Notes under the pieces: model-generated
Databases searched by the model: none
What the model was told of the DNA's origin: nothing
Seen by the model: the letters and a program-made list of their open reading frames with translations, nothing else
Part shown: positions 9,056 through 18,500 of the stretch, piece after piece
Position numbering within the stretch: the first letter of the stretch is position 1
Layout of the letters: every line of letters starts with the position of its first letter
Source of the DNA: Clostridia bacterium
GTDB lineage: Bacteria > Bacillota > Clostridia > Christensenellales > Borkfalkiaceae
DNA length: 64,000 bases
Direction of reading: 5' to 3'
NCBI GenBank assembly: GCA_017399035.1
Contig: JAFQEM010000018.1
Coordinates: forward strand, 18,389 to 82,388
Position numbers and translations under genes: made by a program

Positions 9056-9125
9056 TCCGAGGCGACAAAAACACTTTTGCCGCCTCTAAAATTATTGATT
9101 TCTTCAGTATTTTACTATGTAAAGA

Positions 9126-9761
9126 TTATCCTTGTTGAGCAGGTGCTTCAGTGATAGTCAACGTGATAATGTACGTTGCAAGAGCAGCCTCAAAAGCTTT
9201 GTTCTTTTGGTAAGTATCTAAAACAATCGCGTTAGGATTTGATACACCAGTTGAATCGGGCAAGAACGTTAAGCATTCAAAAATTTGAGCACAACTGATT
9301 GACGCTCTAAACGTTCCGTCTGCTTGCTTTACAGTACTACCTTTAGGAATAGTGATGGTATTTTCATCCTCCTTAGCGGTGAAAATTGTAACACCTTCAT
9401 ACGCTTGTTTACCACCTTCAACGGTAACCTCAATAATCATATCGATACCATTATCAGCAATGTCTGCGCTTACACCGTCAGCAGGGTCAAAATAGAATTC
9501 TAAATTGCCAGAAGTTTCAACTTCAGGTACATATGCACCAGCGTCGTCAATATGGAAAGCCAAAGTGTCTTTTGCAGAGTCTACGTGAATAGCACCCTTG
9601 CTATCTGCCCACTCAACCGTGGTCATGTTACCGGTTAAGGTTTTGTCAGCAGTTGCAACACTTGCATCTGTTCCGGGATAAACCCACGCTGCGTAAACGC
9701 CACCGATTGTAACTATCAACGCAAGGCTGATAATTAAACTCATTTTCTTCATAAATTTCAT
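9126..9761 (-). CDS. Secreted protein with a SipW-cognate (TasA/camelysin-like) signal peptide; candidate fibre/matrix subunit
   Basis: 211 aa. N-terminus MKFMKKMSLIISLALIVTIGGVYAAWVYPG compares with TasA ...LALVGGGTWAAFND. RBS aggag lies 9 nt upstream. It is the first gene after the operon promoter. Confidence 0.6.
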   Translation of the reverse strand: MKFMKKMSLIISLALIVTIGGVYAAWVYPGTDASVATADKTLTGNMTTVEWADSKGAIHVDSAKDTLAFHIDDAGAYVPEVETSGNLEFYFDPADGVSADIADNGIDMIIEVTVEGGKQAYEGVTIFTAKEDENTITIPKGSTVKQADGTFRASISCAQIFECLTFLPDSTGVSNPNAIVLDTYQKNKAFEAALATYIITLTITEAPAQQG

Positions 9762-9814
9762 AGTCTTTATCTCCTATAATGTTTTTTGCGCGCACGCGCT
9801 TAATTTGTAATGCA

Positions 9815-9844
9815 ATTATACCCCCCCACCGCACCAAAAGTCAA
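9815..9844 (-). promoter_or_regulatory. Sigma-A type promoter of the SipW operon
   Basis: Minus strand: TTGACT (9844-9839), 18-nt G-rich spacer, TATAAT (9820-9815), about 55 nt upstream of the ATG at 9761. Confidence 0.6.
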
Positions 9845-9961
9845 GTGTTTTACATAAAAATTTTTACGCTTTATATAGCGTTATTATTTTTTTAACAAAA
9901 AACATAAAACGGTGTGGTTTTTTCATTACAAATTTGCTTTGACAAATTTTAATTTTTTAAA

Positions 9962-10008
9962 ATAGAACCGCCACGAGTGCGCTAAAAGGCGTGCCGTGGC
10001 GGTTCTAT
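9962..10008 (-). terminator. Terminator hairpin after sigG
   Basis: 14-bp stem atagaaccgccacg / cgtggcggttctat, 18 nt after the sigG stop. It is followed on the minus strand by ttt then an A/T-rich run. Confidence 0.6.
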
Positions 10009-10025
10009 GCTGTTTTGTTATGACA

Positions 10026-10799
10026 TTATACCCTTATTCTTTCTTTTATGTCTTTTAGGGCGTTTTTTTCAAGCCGTGAAACTTGCGCTTGCGATATACC
10101 CACTTCTTTAGATATTTCAGTTTGAGTTTTGCCCTCAAAATATCTTAAATAAATTATTTTCTTTTCTCTGCCCTCAAGCGTGCCAAGTGCAGTTGTTAGA
10201 GCAACTTTATCAGTCCAGTTTTCGTCGGTGTTTTTTTCGTCGCCTATTTGGTCAACCAACAGTAGTTCGTCGCCAGACTTGTTATAAACGGGGTCGTAAA
10301 GCGAAACGGTGTCTGATATAGCGTCTAGCGCGTAAACCACTTCGGACAGGGCAACGTTCATCTCTTTTGCAATTTTTTCAAGGCTTACCTCTTCATCTCG
10401 CTTTTCAAGTTCACCACGTGTTTTTAACGCTAAATAAGCCGTGTCGCGTATACTTCTTGCAACGCGCATACTGTTACCCTCACGCAGTAACCTTTTTACG
10501 TCGCCTATTATCATAGGCACGGCGTAGGTGGAAAATTTTACGCCAAAAGACAAATCAAAATTATCTATTGCCTTTATAAGTCCTATGCACCCTGCTTGAA
10601 AAACGTCGTCTGAACAAAAGTTTTTCAAATGAAAACGCTTTATAATAGATAACACTAAACGCATATTACCAACTATAAATTCTTCTCTTGCACGCTCGTC
10701 GCCTTGTTTTATGCGTTTTAACAAGGCGGTTGCCTCTTCATCACTTAAGTGTGGCAAAGTTGCGGTGTTTATTCCGCAAATAACAACTTTACTGTTCAT
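10026..10799 (-). CDS. sigG: Forespore RNA polymerase sigma factor SigG
   Basis: 257 aa. KVVICGINTATLPHLSDEE...GNMRLVLSIIKRF...QAGCIGLIKAIDNFDLSFGVKFSTYAVPMIIGDVKRLLRE is near-collinear with B. subtilis SigG (KVEICGVDTSKLPVL...FSTYAVPMIIGEIRRYLRD). Confidence 0.9.
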   Translation of the reverse strand: MNSKVVICGINTATLPHLSDEEATALLKRIKQGDERAREEFIVGNMRLVLSIIKRFHLKNFCSDDVFQAGCIGLIKAIDNFDLSFGVKFSTYAVPMIIGDVKRLLREGNSMRVARSIRDTAYLALKTRGELEKRDEEVSLEKIAKEMNVALSEVVYALDAISDTVSLYDPVYNKSGDELLLVDQIGDEKNTDENWTDKVALTTALGTLEGREKKIIYLRYFEGKTQTEISKEVGISQAQVSRLEKNALKDIKERIRV

Positions 10800-10837
10800 A
10801 TTTCCTCCTTTATGTAAAACGACTCAAGGGGGTTTTT

Positions 10838-10867
10838 TAAGTATGCTCGTTATTTTTGTTTTTATAC
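10838..10867 (-). promoter_or_regulatory. Candidate forespore (sigma-F/sigma-G type) promoter of sigG
   Basis: Minus strand: GTATA (10867-10863), 17 nt, CATACTTA (10845-10838). This resembles GnATA-N17/18-CATnnTA. It lies between the upstream terminator and the sigG RBS aaggagg. Confidence 0.35.
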
Positions 10868-10884
10868 CCTTGCGTTTAACTATA

Positions 10885-10920
10885 TAATAAAAATTTAAGG
10901 CGGTAGAAAATTCTACCGCC
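10885..10920 (-). terminator. Rho-independent terminator ending the AAA+/TGase/MBG operon
   Basis: Minus strand: ggcggtag-aatttt-ctaccgcc (10899-10920) followed by ttaaattttta. Confidence 0.75.
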
Positions 10921-10950
10921 CGTACGACTTTAATTTTTATTAAGTTAAAT

Positions 10951-13900
10951 TTAGTTATAAGTGAGCGTTCCGTTAAATACTTTGATGTTGTAATTTAATA
11001 AGTCTTCGTACAATACGTCTTCGTTTTGCGTATAAACTCTTTCGCCGTCAACTTCTACGTACCAAATGTTACTGGTTGAAGTGCCTTTTTCTAAACAACT
11101 TCCGCTAACGTAAACTTTAACTTCGTCCCCCGCCATAAATTTACCGTAAGTTATGGTATAGGCGTCTTGCAGTTGTTCACTATCTATAGGCTCGTCACTA
11201 GTTATGCTATTTGCAGTTAGATAAACTTCTTGCTTTCTTATTACGTATTGAGCAGAAGTTACTTCAAATACGTAATTTCCAGCCTCTTCATAACCAACTT
11301 CTTGACCGTTATAACGCATTCTCATTGAAGATAAATCTACACCAACTTCATATTCGCCTGCGTTTACAATTTGGTCAACGTATTGCATAGAGTTTTTATC
11401 GTATGCAGTATACGTGTCAAATCCTAAAATTTCATCACCCTCGGCAAGTTGACCGTAACCCTCTCTTATTTTTTCCACAACGAACTTTCTTCCGGTAAAT
11501 GCGTGCGACTGACCATTGTAATAAGCCTCGTAACCAAAAATTACTATTGATATTTTTGTCAAATCTATAGAAAGCGTACCATAATCGTAAGCAATTTCAT
11601 AATAGTTGCCAGTTTTATCATTGCCAAATGCGTCTATTATTTTATAAGATATTTTATTATCAACCCTGCCGTCTTCTCTTGTTAAAGCAAAGGGTAAATT
11701 GCTTGGGTCTTGTGGAACTATTTTGTGCCCATCTACAAGCGCATTACCATAATCTTCATTAACTAATATTTTATCGTTTGTCAACGGCGTGCCGTCATAC
11801 TCTTTATTCATATTGTCTGAATAAAGATATATGCTTAATTGATTTATAGTTAAATCGCCCAAAGCGGTGGTGTTTATTAAAAAGTTTCTACTTACGTTTT
11901 CGTTTTGTCCGTCGGTTATTTGAACACCACTACACTCTACAACGCCCAAATAAGTTCCCGCATCTATACATTGCTCTTTCAACGTGCAATCAACTTTCAT
12001 ATTATAAAGTGGCATAAGTTCAAAAAATTCGCCATCAGCAGTATAATAACTTAAAACTGCGTTTTCTAAACTTGTGGTATCATCATAATCTTTTTCAATA
12101 TCCACTTTAAGCGACATTTCGCAAGGGGTTATTGTAAGCGTTCCGTTATTTAGCGTTTTTATAACGTAATTTTGCGTTTGGTCTTTGCCGTCGGCACTTA
12201 AGTTGGCAACACGCCATCGATACTCGCCGTTTCTTATAGTTATTGCAGTATTTGTGTCATCAACGTTTATTGCGGAACTAAATAAATCCGCATAAAAAAC
12301 GTGTTCATCTAAAAGATTTTCTACGGTTATAGTTTGCGTTTGGTTAAGAGCGAACGGTTGTGAATAATTGTTTTCATATTCAACGGAATATGCCGAATAT
12401 TGCCCACCATCGTAAACCTTGGTAAAATCTGAAATAGTTACCGTAAGTTCTCTTTTGGTAATTTCAAGTTGCACGTTATCAGTTAAAACTATATAGTTGG
12501 AAGAACAGTCGTTTCCATCTTCGTCAAAGATATAGTATTTTATCTTTTCGCCTTTGTATTCACCCACATTTACGCCGTCCGTCCAAACTTTTATTGTATG
12601 ATTATCAACCACTTCAAGAGAACTTTCCGCATAATCGATAGAAGTTGCATAAAACTCTTGTCCGTTATACTGTTTATTTTCGTCAATAACTAAACTAATT
12701 TCTCTCAACCCAACGGTTATTTCACCATATTCGTAAATAATTTTGTAGTTATCTTTTACCGTTTGATTTACGCTATTTAACACGTCTTTCACGGTAACCT
12801 CATTAGGTCCAGAACCTTGCAAAAGTTCCGTCCAGTCGTCGTTAAGTTCTATCTTATGACCGTCAACAAGCCCTTCTTGGTCTATAACACCGTCTTTAAA
12901 CTTAAAGGTATGAACTTGCCCGTCGTAAATGATACTTGCTTTTGGCGTTTTTATCGTAAGCGGTCTTTTTTCAATAGTTAAATCGCCAGCATTGATAGTA
13001 ATGTTATAATTATCCTTGTTTCCACTTTCAATATCCCACTCAAGAATTTTTACGCTTTCTAAATATGTGCCTGCATTTATGCAACCTGTGGGCAGTTCGC
13101 ATTTTGCAACTCGGATTTTTTGATTTCCGTAAAGATTTTCGGTTAAAACGCCCTCGTCTTCTTCCTTTAATACGGATACAGAAACATCCTTAGCGTGGAT
13201 TTCCGCGCTATCATCATAAGTTTTAACTGCGTTTGCAAAAACAAAAACCTGCCTTGGTGTTACTGTAAGCGTGCCTGCCGTTACTGTGTAGTTAAAGTTT
13301 TCTAACGCGCTCTCATTATTTTGGTTTTTAATATCGTTTATGATTATGGTGTTTTCTGCACTGCCAACGTCGGTTATACTACCCGTAACGCTCACGTCTA
13401 AAGTATGGTCGCTAGGCATATTGTAGTAAACGTATTCGTTGAGAGTAAATGGTTCTGCATTATAGATTGCGCTACCGTCATAAGACTCTATAGTTATATC
13501 ACGCTTGTTTATGATTAAAGCAGAGTCCTCTTCAATGATAACTTGATAGTTTGTGGTAACTTCTTTTGTAGGCTCAAAAATATGTAAGTCAACACTTTCT
13601 TTACCGTAAGTTTTTGCCTTTACGTCATTTGAACAAACAGTCATATAATGGCTGTCAACTAATTCCCCACTAATAAATTCAAAATTATCTTCCATTAAAA
13701 GGGCATAGCCGTCATAATTTTTTTCATTATTAAACTTTAGTCTAATAGGGCGGGGCGTTACGGTCAACTTACAATCTTCAAAATTATCCGTTATCTTGTA
13801 ATTGTTTGTAACGACAAGGTCGCCACGAGAAGAACTTTTTATGCTATAACTTGGCACGTTATCAACCGAATTAACGTCGGTTATAGAACTAGAAAATTGA

Positions 13901-15492
13901 ATATCTAATCTATCGCCAAACCCAAGTTCGCTATAATAAACCTTGTTATCCGCCACAAGTTGCTCTAAAGTTTCGCCAACGAACGTGAGTTCAGTGCCGT
14001 CGTAAACCTTTTCGTCATCAAAAACGGTAATTGTGAGTGGTTTAGGCGTTATTTTTAAGTTGCCAAAATTTTCAGTTATAAGGTAGTTTGATATAACGCT
14101 ATTTCCGTATGCATTTGTAATATAGTAAATAGGCGTGTTTTGAATTTCGTCAACGTCTATTATTGACTCGTCAAACACAATTTCTATATTATCGTCGTCG
14201 GCAAGTTGCCCAAGTTCAATTTTTCCTTGCGATATAAGTTCTTCTTTCGATAAACCAACAAACGTGAGTTCAGTGCCGTCATAAACTTTTTCTTGGTCTT
14301 TGACGGTAATTGCGAACGGTTTAGGCGTTATTTTCAAGTTGCCAAAATCTTCGGTTAAAACGTAATTTGATATAACACTTTCGCCTTGAGAATTTAAAAT
14401 ATCGTAGTCAGGCGTGTTTTGCTCGGTAACCGCATTTATTATAGATTTTGTAAACTCAACGTCTATCCTGTCGCCCTCTGCAACGTTGCCAAGCATAAGT
14501 TTTCCGCTTTCAATTAGCGTGTCAATATTTTCGCCTACAAAAGTGAGCGGTGTTCCATCATACTCTTTACTTACTTCGTTTACCTTTATTATAAACGGGC
14601 GTGGCAATATTTCTAACGTACCAAACTGTTTGTTTATATTATAGTTCGCAGAAACGTCTTGTCCGTCTGCATTTTTAATAGCGAAAACAGGGGTATTTTC
14701 CACAAAACCAACGTTTGTTATTGACTTATTAAACTCAATTTCTATTTTATCGTCAAAAGCAAGTTCACCAAGCGCAATCTTGCCCTGTTCGATAAGTTGT
14801 TCTTTTGAAAGATTTGTAAAAGTTAATTCTTTTCCGTCGTAAGTTTTATTTTCGTCAGCGACCTTAAAAGTAAATCTTTTTTGCGCAACGTATACGTTTT
14901 TTTCTGACGCGTTAATATTATAACAATGCGTTACGTCGTTACCTAATTTGTCTTGTATAACAATGCTATCTTTTAGCGCAGATATTTTTTGAGTTCCAAC
15001 CGTCTTTTGTAAATTATAATCTATTTGACTAATTTTGTCGCCGTTTTTAAGGTCAGCAACGTAAGTGGGCATATCGCCGTAAGTAAGGTTATTTTCTTTA
15101 ATTTGAACGTCAAGACTTGCAGGTTCTATCACAAGCGGAACGGCACGACTATAATTTTTTATACCGAACGTACGCTTTGAATATGCGCGCACACTATAGT
15201 CCCCCGTCTGCGTAGGCAGACCGTCAATCCACTCGTTACCGTCTGCTAACTTATGTTCATAACCCACTTTGCTAAACAACGCCCCTGCGCTACACTCAAC
15301 GCGTTGACCATAAACTATTTGCGGTGTAGAAAGGTTTATATCGTCAGTAAAAATTCCACGCACGGATAAAAATGCAACGTACAACGCCAAAATAGCCCCG
15401 ACAACTGAAAGTATCAGAACTTTATGCTTTTTTATCTTATCGACTATTTTAGCGATTTTTTCAATTTTTGTTTGATAATTTTTGTATAACAT
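10951..15492 (-). CDS. Giant signal-anchored surface protein made of ~13 YDG/MBG-like beta repeats
   Basis: 1513 aa. One N-terminal TM (VLILSVVGAILALYVAFLSV). Repeated units have the form K-x-YDG-x-x-L-T ... G-D/H ... NY-x-I ... G-x-L-x-I-x-P-R/K-P. No LPXTG motif, no catalytic motif. Confidence 0.75.
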   Translation of the reverse strand: MLYKNYQTKIEKIAKIVDKIKKHKVLILSVVGAILALYVAFLSVRGIFTDDINLSTPQIVYGQRVECSAGALFSKVGYEHKLADGNEWIDGLPTQTGDYSVRAYSKRTFGIKNYSRAVPLVIEPASLDVQIKENNLTYGDMPTYVADLKNGDKISQIDYNLQKTVGTQKISALKDSIVIQDKLGNDVTHCYNINASEKNVYVAQKRFTFKVADENKTYDGKELTFTNLSKEQLIEQGKIALGELAFDDKIEIEFNKSITNVGFVENTPVFAIKNADGQDVSANYNINKQFGTLEILPRPFIIKVNEVSKEYDGTPLTFVGENIDTLIESGKLMLGNVAEGDRIDVEFTKSIINAVTEQNTPDYDILNSQGESVISNYVLTEDFGNLKITPKPFAITVKDQEKVYDGTELTFVGLSKEELISQGKIELGQLADDDNIEIVFDESIIDVDEIQNTPIYYITNAYGNSVISNYLITENFGNLKITPKPLTITVFDDEKVYDGTELTFVGETLEQLVADNKVYYSELGFGDRLDIQFSSSITDVNSVDNVPSYSIKSSSRGDLVVTNNYKITDNFEDCKLTVTPRPIRLKFNNEKNYDGYALLMEDNFEFISGELVDSHYMTVCSNDVKAKTYGKESVDLHIFEPTKEVTTNYQVIIEEDSALIINKRDITIESYDGSAIYNAEPFTLNEYVYYNMPSDHTLDVSVTGSITDVGSAENTIIINDIKNQNNESALENFNYTVTAGTLTVTPRQVFVFANAVKTYDDSAEIHAKDVSVSVLKEEDEGVLTENLYGNQKIRVAKCELPTGCINAGTYLESVKILEWDIESGNKDNYNITINAGDLTIEKRPLTIKTPKASIIYDGQVHTFKFKDGVIDQEGLVDGHKIELNDDWTELLQGSGPNEVTVKDVLNSVNQTVKDNYKIIYEYGEITVGLREISLVIDENKQYNGQEFYATSIDYAESSLEVVDNHTIKVWTDGVNVGEYKGEKIKYYIFDEDGNDCSSNYIVLTDNVQLEITKRELTVTISDFTKVYDGGQYSAYSVEYENNYSQPFALNQTQTITVENLLDEHVFYADLFSSAINVDDTNTAITIRNGEYRWRVANLSADGKDQTQNYVIKTLNNGTLTITPCEMSLKVDIEKDYDDTTSLENAVLSYYTADGEFFELMPLYNMKVDCTLKEQCIDAGTYLGVVECSGVQITDGQNENVSRNFLINTTALGDLTINQLSIYLYSDNMNKEYDGTPLTNDKILVNEDYGNALVDGHKIVPQDPSNLPFALTREDGRVDNKISYKIIDAFGNDKTGNYYEIAYDYGTLSIDLTKISIVIFGYEAYYNGQSHAFTGRKFVVEKIREGYGQLAEGDEILGFDTYTAYDKNSMQYVDQIVNAGEYEVGVDLSSMRMRYNGQEVGYEEAGNYVFEVTSAQYVIRKQEVYLTANSITSDEPIDSEQLQDAYTITYGKFMAGDEVKVYVSGSCLEKGTSTSNIWYVEVDGERVYTQNEDVLYEDLLNYNIKVFNGTLTYN
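13755..14880 (-). repeat. Four highly similar ~279-nt (93-aa) tandem coding repeats inside the 1513-aa gene
   Basis: For example, 13977-14100 and 14257-14380 are near-identical (caacRaacgtgagttcagtgccgtcRtaaac...ggtttaggcgttatttt). The protein units begin FTFKV / FIIKV / FAITV / LTITV. Confidence 0.8.
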
Positions 15493-15514
15493 TTTTTACC
15501 CGTTTATTTAACGT

Positions 15515-18500
15515 TTACACATCAACCGTGATTGTGCCAAATGCAATTTCTATGTGGTAGTTTTTAGTAACGTCTTTACCACTTGCGTCAAGTATCTTTA
15601 ACGTATTGCGCTCAAAACTATTTGGGCATTCACCGTAATAAGATATTTTACCAGTAAATACAAGTTCGTTTGATATTTTATGCCCAGCAACAAGCCCGCT
15701 AACGACTAAATCTTCCATTTCACCATTAAACGTTGTTATTCCATCGTAGGAATACTTTACGTCTTTAGTTTTAACAGTTATTTCCTTTTGAGTAATTTTC
15801 AAATTTCCTACAACGGTAACTTTATAATAATCTTTAGTAACGTCGTTACCACTTGTATCTACAACTTTTACGCTTACGCTCTTCTTTGTGCCTACGTCGG
15901 TTATACTATTGAATTGAACGTCAATGGTATGTCCGTAAAGCGTTGTTCCCACCGGTGTATATCCCTTATCATAAACTAACGGTGTTCCGTCGTAAACTTT
16001 AGACATATTTTCAGCCGTTACCTTTATAGATTTATAAAGGAACAATTCTCCATTATAACCTTTTTTCGTTTCGTACTTTATTTTATAATTTTGAGTTACC
16101 GTATCGCCGTTGCTATCTACAATGCCAAACTCGCACTCGTTTTTATGTCTTCCGCACGTTGAAACACTAAATGATTTTGCTAATTCTACCTTGTGTCCAT
16201 CTAACAAGTCGTTTTCATCTTGTAATTCAAAATCATAACTATATAATTTTGCAGATGCAACAAATTCCTTCTCTGCGTCTTTGCGATATATAACGATATC
16301 TCTAGGTTCTACTTTGACGGTACCATATTCGTATTTAATTTCGTAATACTTGTCAGTTACGTCTATTCCGTTTTCAAAAATTATAATCTTAAATTCATTT
16401 TCAGTAGTTTCACCAACGTTAGTAGGATTGAATTCGCCTTCAAATTCACCTTTTTGCACCTTATGTCCGTCAAGAACTTTTCCATAAGGCATATCGTCTT
16501 GGTCTAAACCGGTGTCAAACCAGTACACTTGCCAAGATTCTTTATTGTCTTGGCGGATTGCATAATTAGCGTCGTATTGATGATTATAGTTATCAGTATT
16601 AACGCATAACTTTATTCTAACTATTTCAAACGCGCCTTCTTTTGCGTCAATCTCATAGTTGTTAGTTACGTCTTCTCTATAATTAGTACAGTCAACTATT
16701 CTATACGTTTGAATATTTTTGTGTACACCGATATCTTTTGCCTCAGTCGTGGTCAACAACTCAACGCTGTGGTCGTTAAGTAAACCACGCGATTCTTCAT
16801 AATTTATACCTTCAAAGTCGTAATTTTCACTCTTTTGCAATTCACCAGTATAAGGCAACTTTATTTCTTTTTTGTAATACGGGCTGTCAACATTTCCGCT
16901 TGCCCAAATGGTTATGGGGCGCTTGCTTATTTGCAGAGTGCCATATTCAACTCGCTTTATTTCATATTCTTCTGTAATATCGTTTCCAAACTCGTCGCGT
17001 ATAACGTATTCAAATCCGTTATTTTGATAGGGCGCGCAAGCGTTGACGGGCATTTGAATATCTTGCCCACCAACTACTTCAATATAATGACCACTCTTAA
17101 GATAGCCGTCGTATTCCCATTTAATAGCCTCTGAATAATCAATAGGTATTCCGTCATAAACCTTAGACACGCTAGGCGTTTTAAGAACAAGTTCGTTCTT
17201 TCTAACTTCGTCAAACGCACCACCAGTAACTTCAACTTCTACCCAGCCCATACCGTCAACGTAAATTTCCACCCACGCGTGAGCGTATTTACCCGTAACA
17301 ACGGTAACGTTATAAGGTTCTGCCGTAACTTTATATCCACAAGTATATCTTGCAGGTATTCCGTAAGCGCGGAATATCATTGTTGCGGCGGCTGCAAAGT
17401 GTTGGCATATACCCTCTTTACCCTCTTTCAAGAAGTATAAAACCATATCTTCGCCCGCAGGGAACGTATCAAACTCAAGGTTATAACCTGCGCAATTTTG
17501 AACGTAATCACGAATTTGTCTAGCAATAGACAGTTTATCCCCCCAAAAATATCCAGTCAAATCTAACAACTCGTTTTTCAACCACTCGTCAATATTTAAA
17601 TAGTTATTATAAACGAAATTGCGGTATCTGCCCTCTTGCGAAGTTAAATCAGATGGCACTAAATAAGTTTGCCCTTCTGCCAAATAGTCGTAATTACTAG
17701 CCTTTGTCATATATATAGGCAAAGATTGAGAAAAACGAATGTCCCCCGTTTCTTTTATTCCGCCAGTTATTGAATAATAAGGCAAATAATATGCGTTTGA
17801 ACCGTCAAGATTTTCTATAACTATTTGGTCCATAACCCTGCCCGCGTTATTCAATGCCGTTCCAGTAAAATACAACGGACTAACTACCGACTGGTCATAC
17901 TCTTGAGCATAATCAAAACCACTGCCGTTATAATCACCAAAATTTTCGTAACGAAGATAATATTCGCTAGCAACGTTTGAATAAGAAATTAAACTTAAAA
18001 CTTCAACGTCTGCATTGTCGCCAAAACCGTTGCCCTGCTGTTGAAGATTATTATCAAACCGTTGATTACCTGCGCCACCTAAACCGCCTTGCCCAACACC
18101 TACGCTTGCGCCGTTGGGGTCGTCGTCGTTTTCATTGAGAATACCGTCGCCGTCTATATCGTTATCTATATCGTTAGGCATACCATCGCCGTCTACGTCG
18201 TCGTCTTGACCGTTGGGCAAACCGTCGCCGTCTACGTCTGCGTCTTGACCGTTAGGTGTGCCGTTTCCGTTTACGTCGTTATCTTGATAATTAGGTATGC
18301 CGTCGCCGTCGGTGTCTAAATTTTGATTTGCCATCATTGACGCCATAACTTTTGCGGCTATCGCTTGCATCAACTGCTCTCTTTGTTCCTCTGTCAGGTT
18401 TGAATTTTCTAACTGTTTGAGCAAATCTTCTATATTCATATTTTCAAGGTCGAGTGAAGAAAAATCGTAATTGCCAAATCTATCAATTAAATCTTCAATT

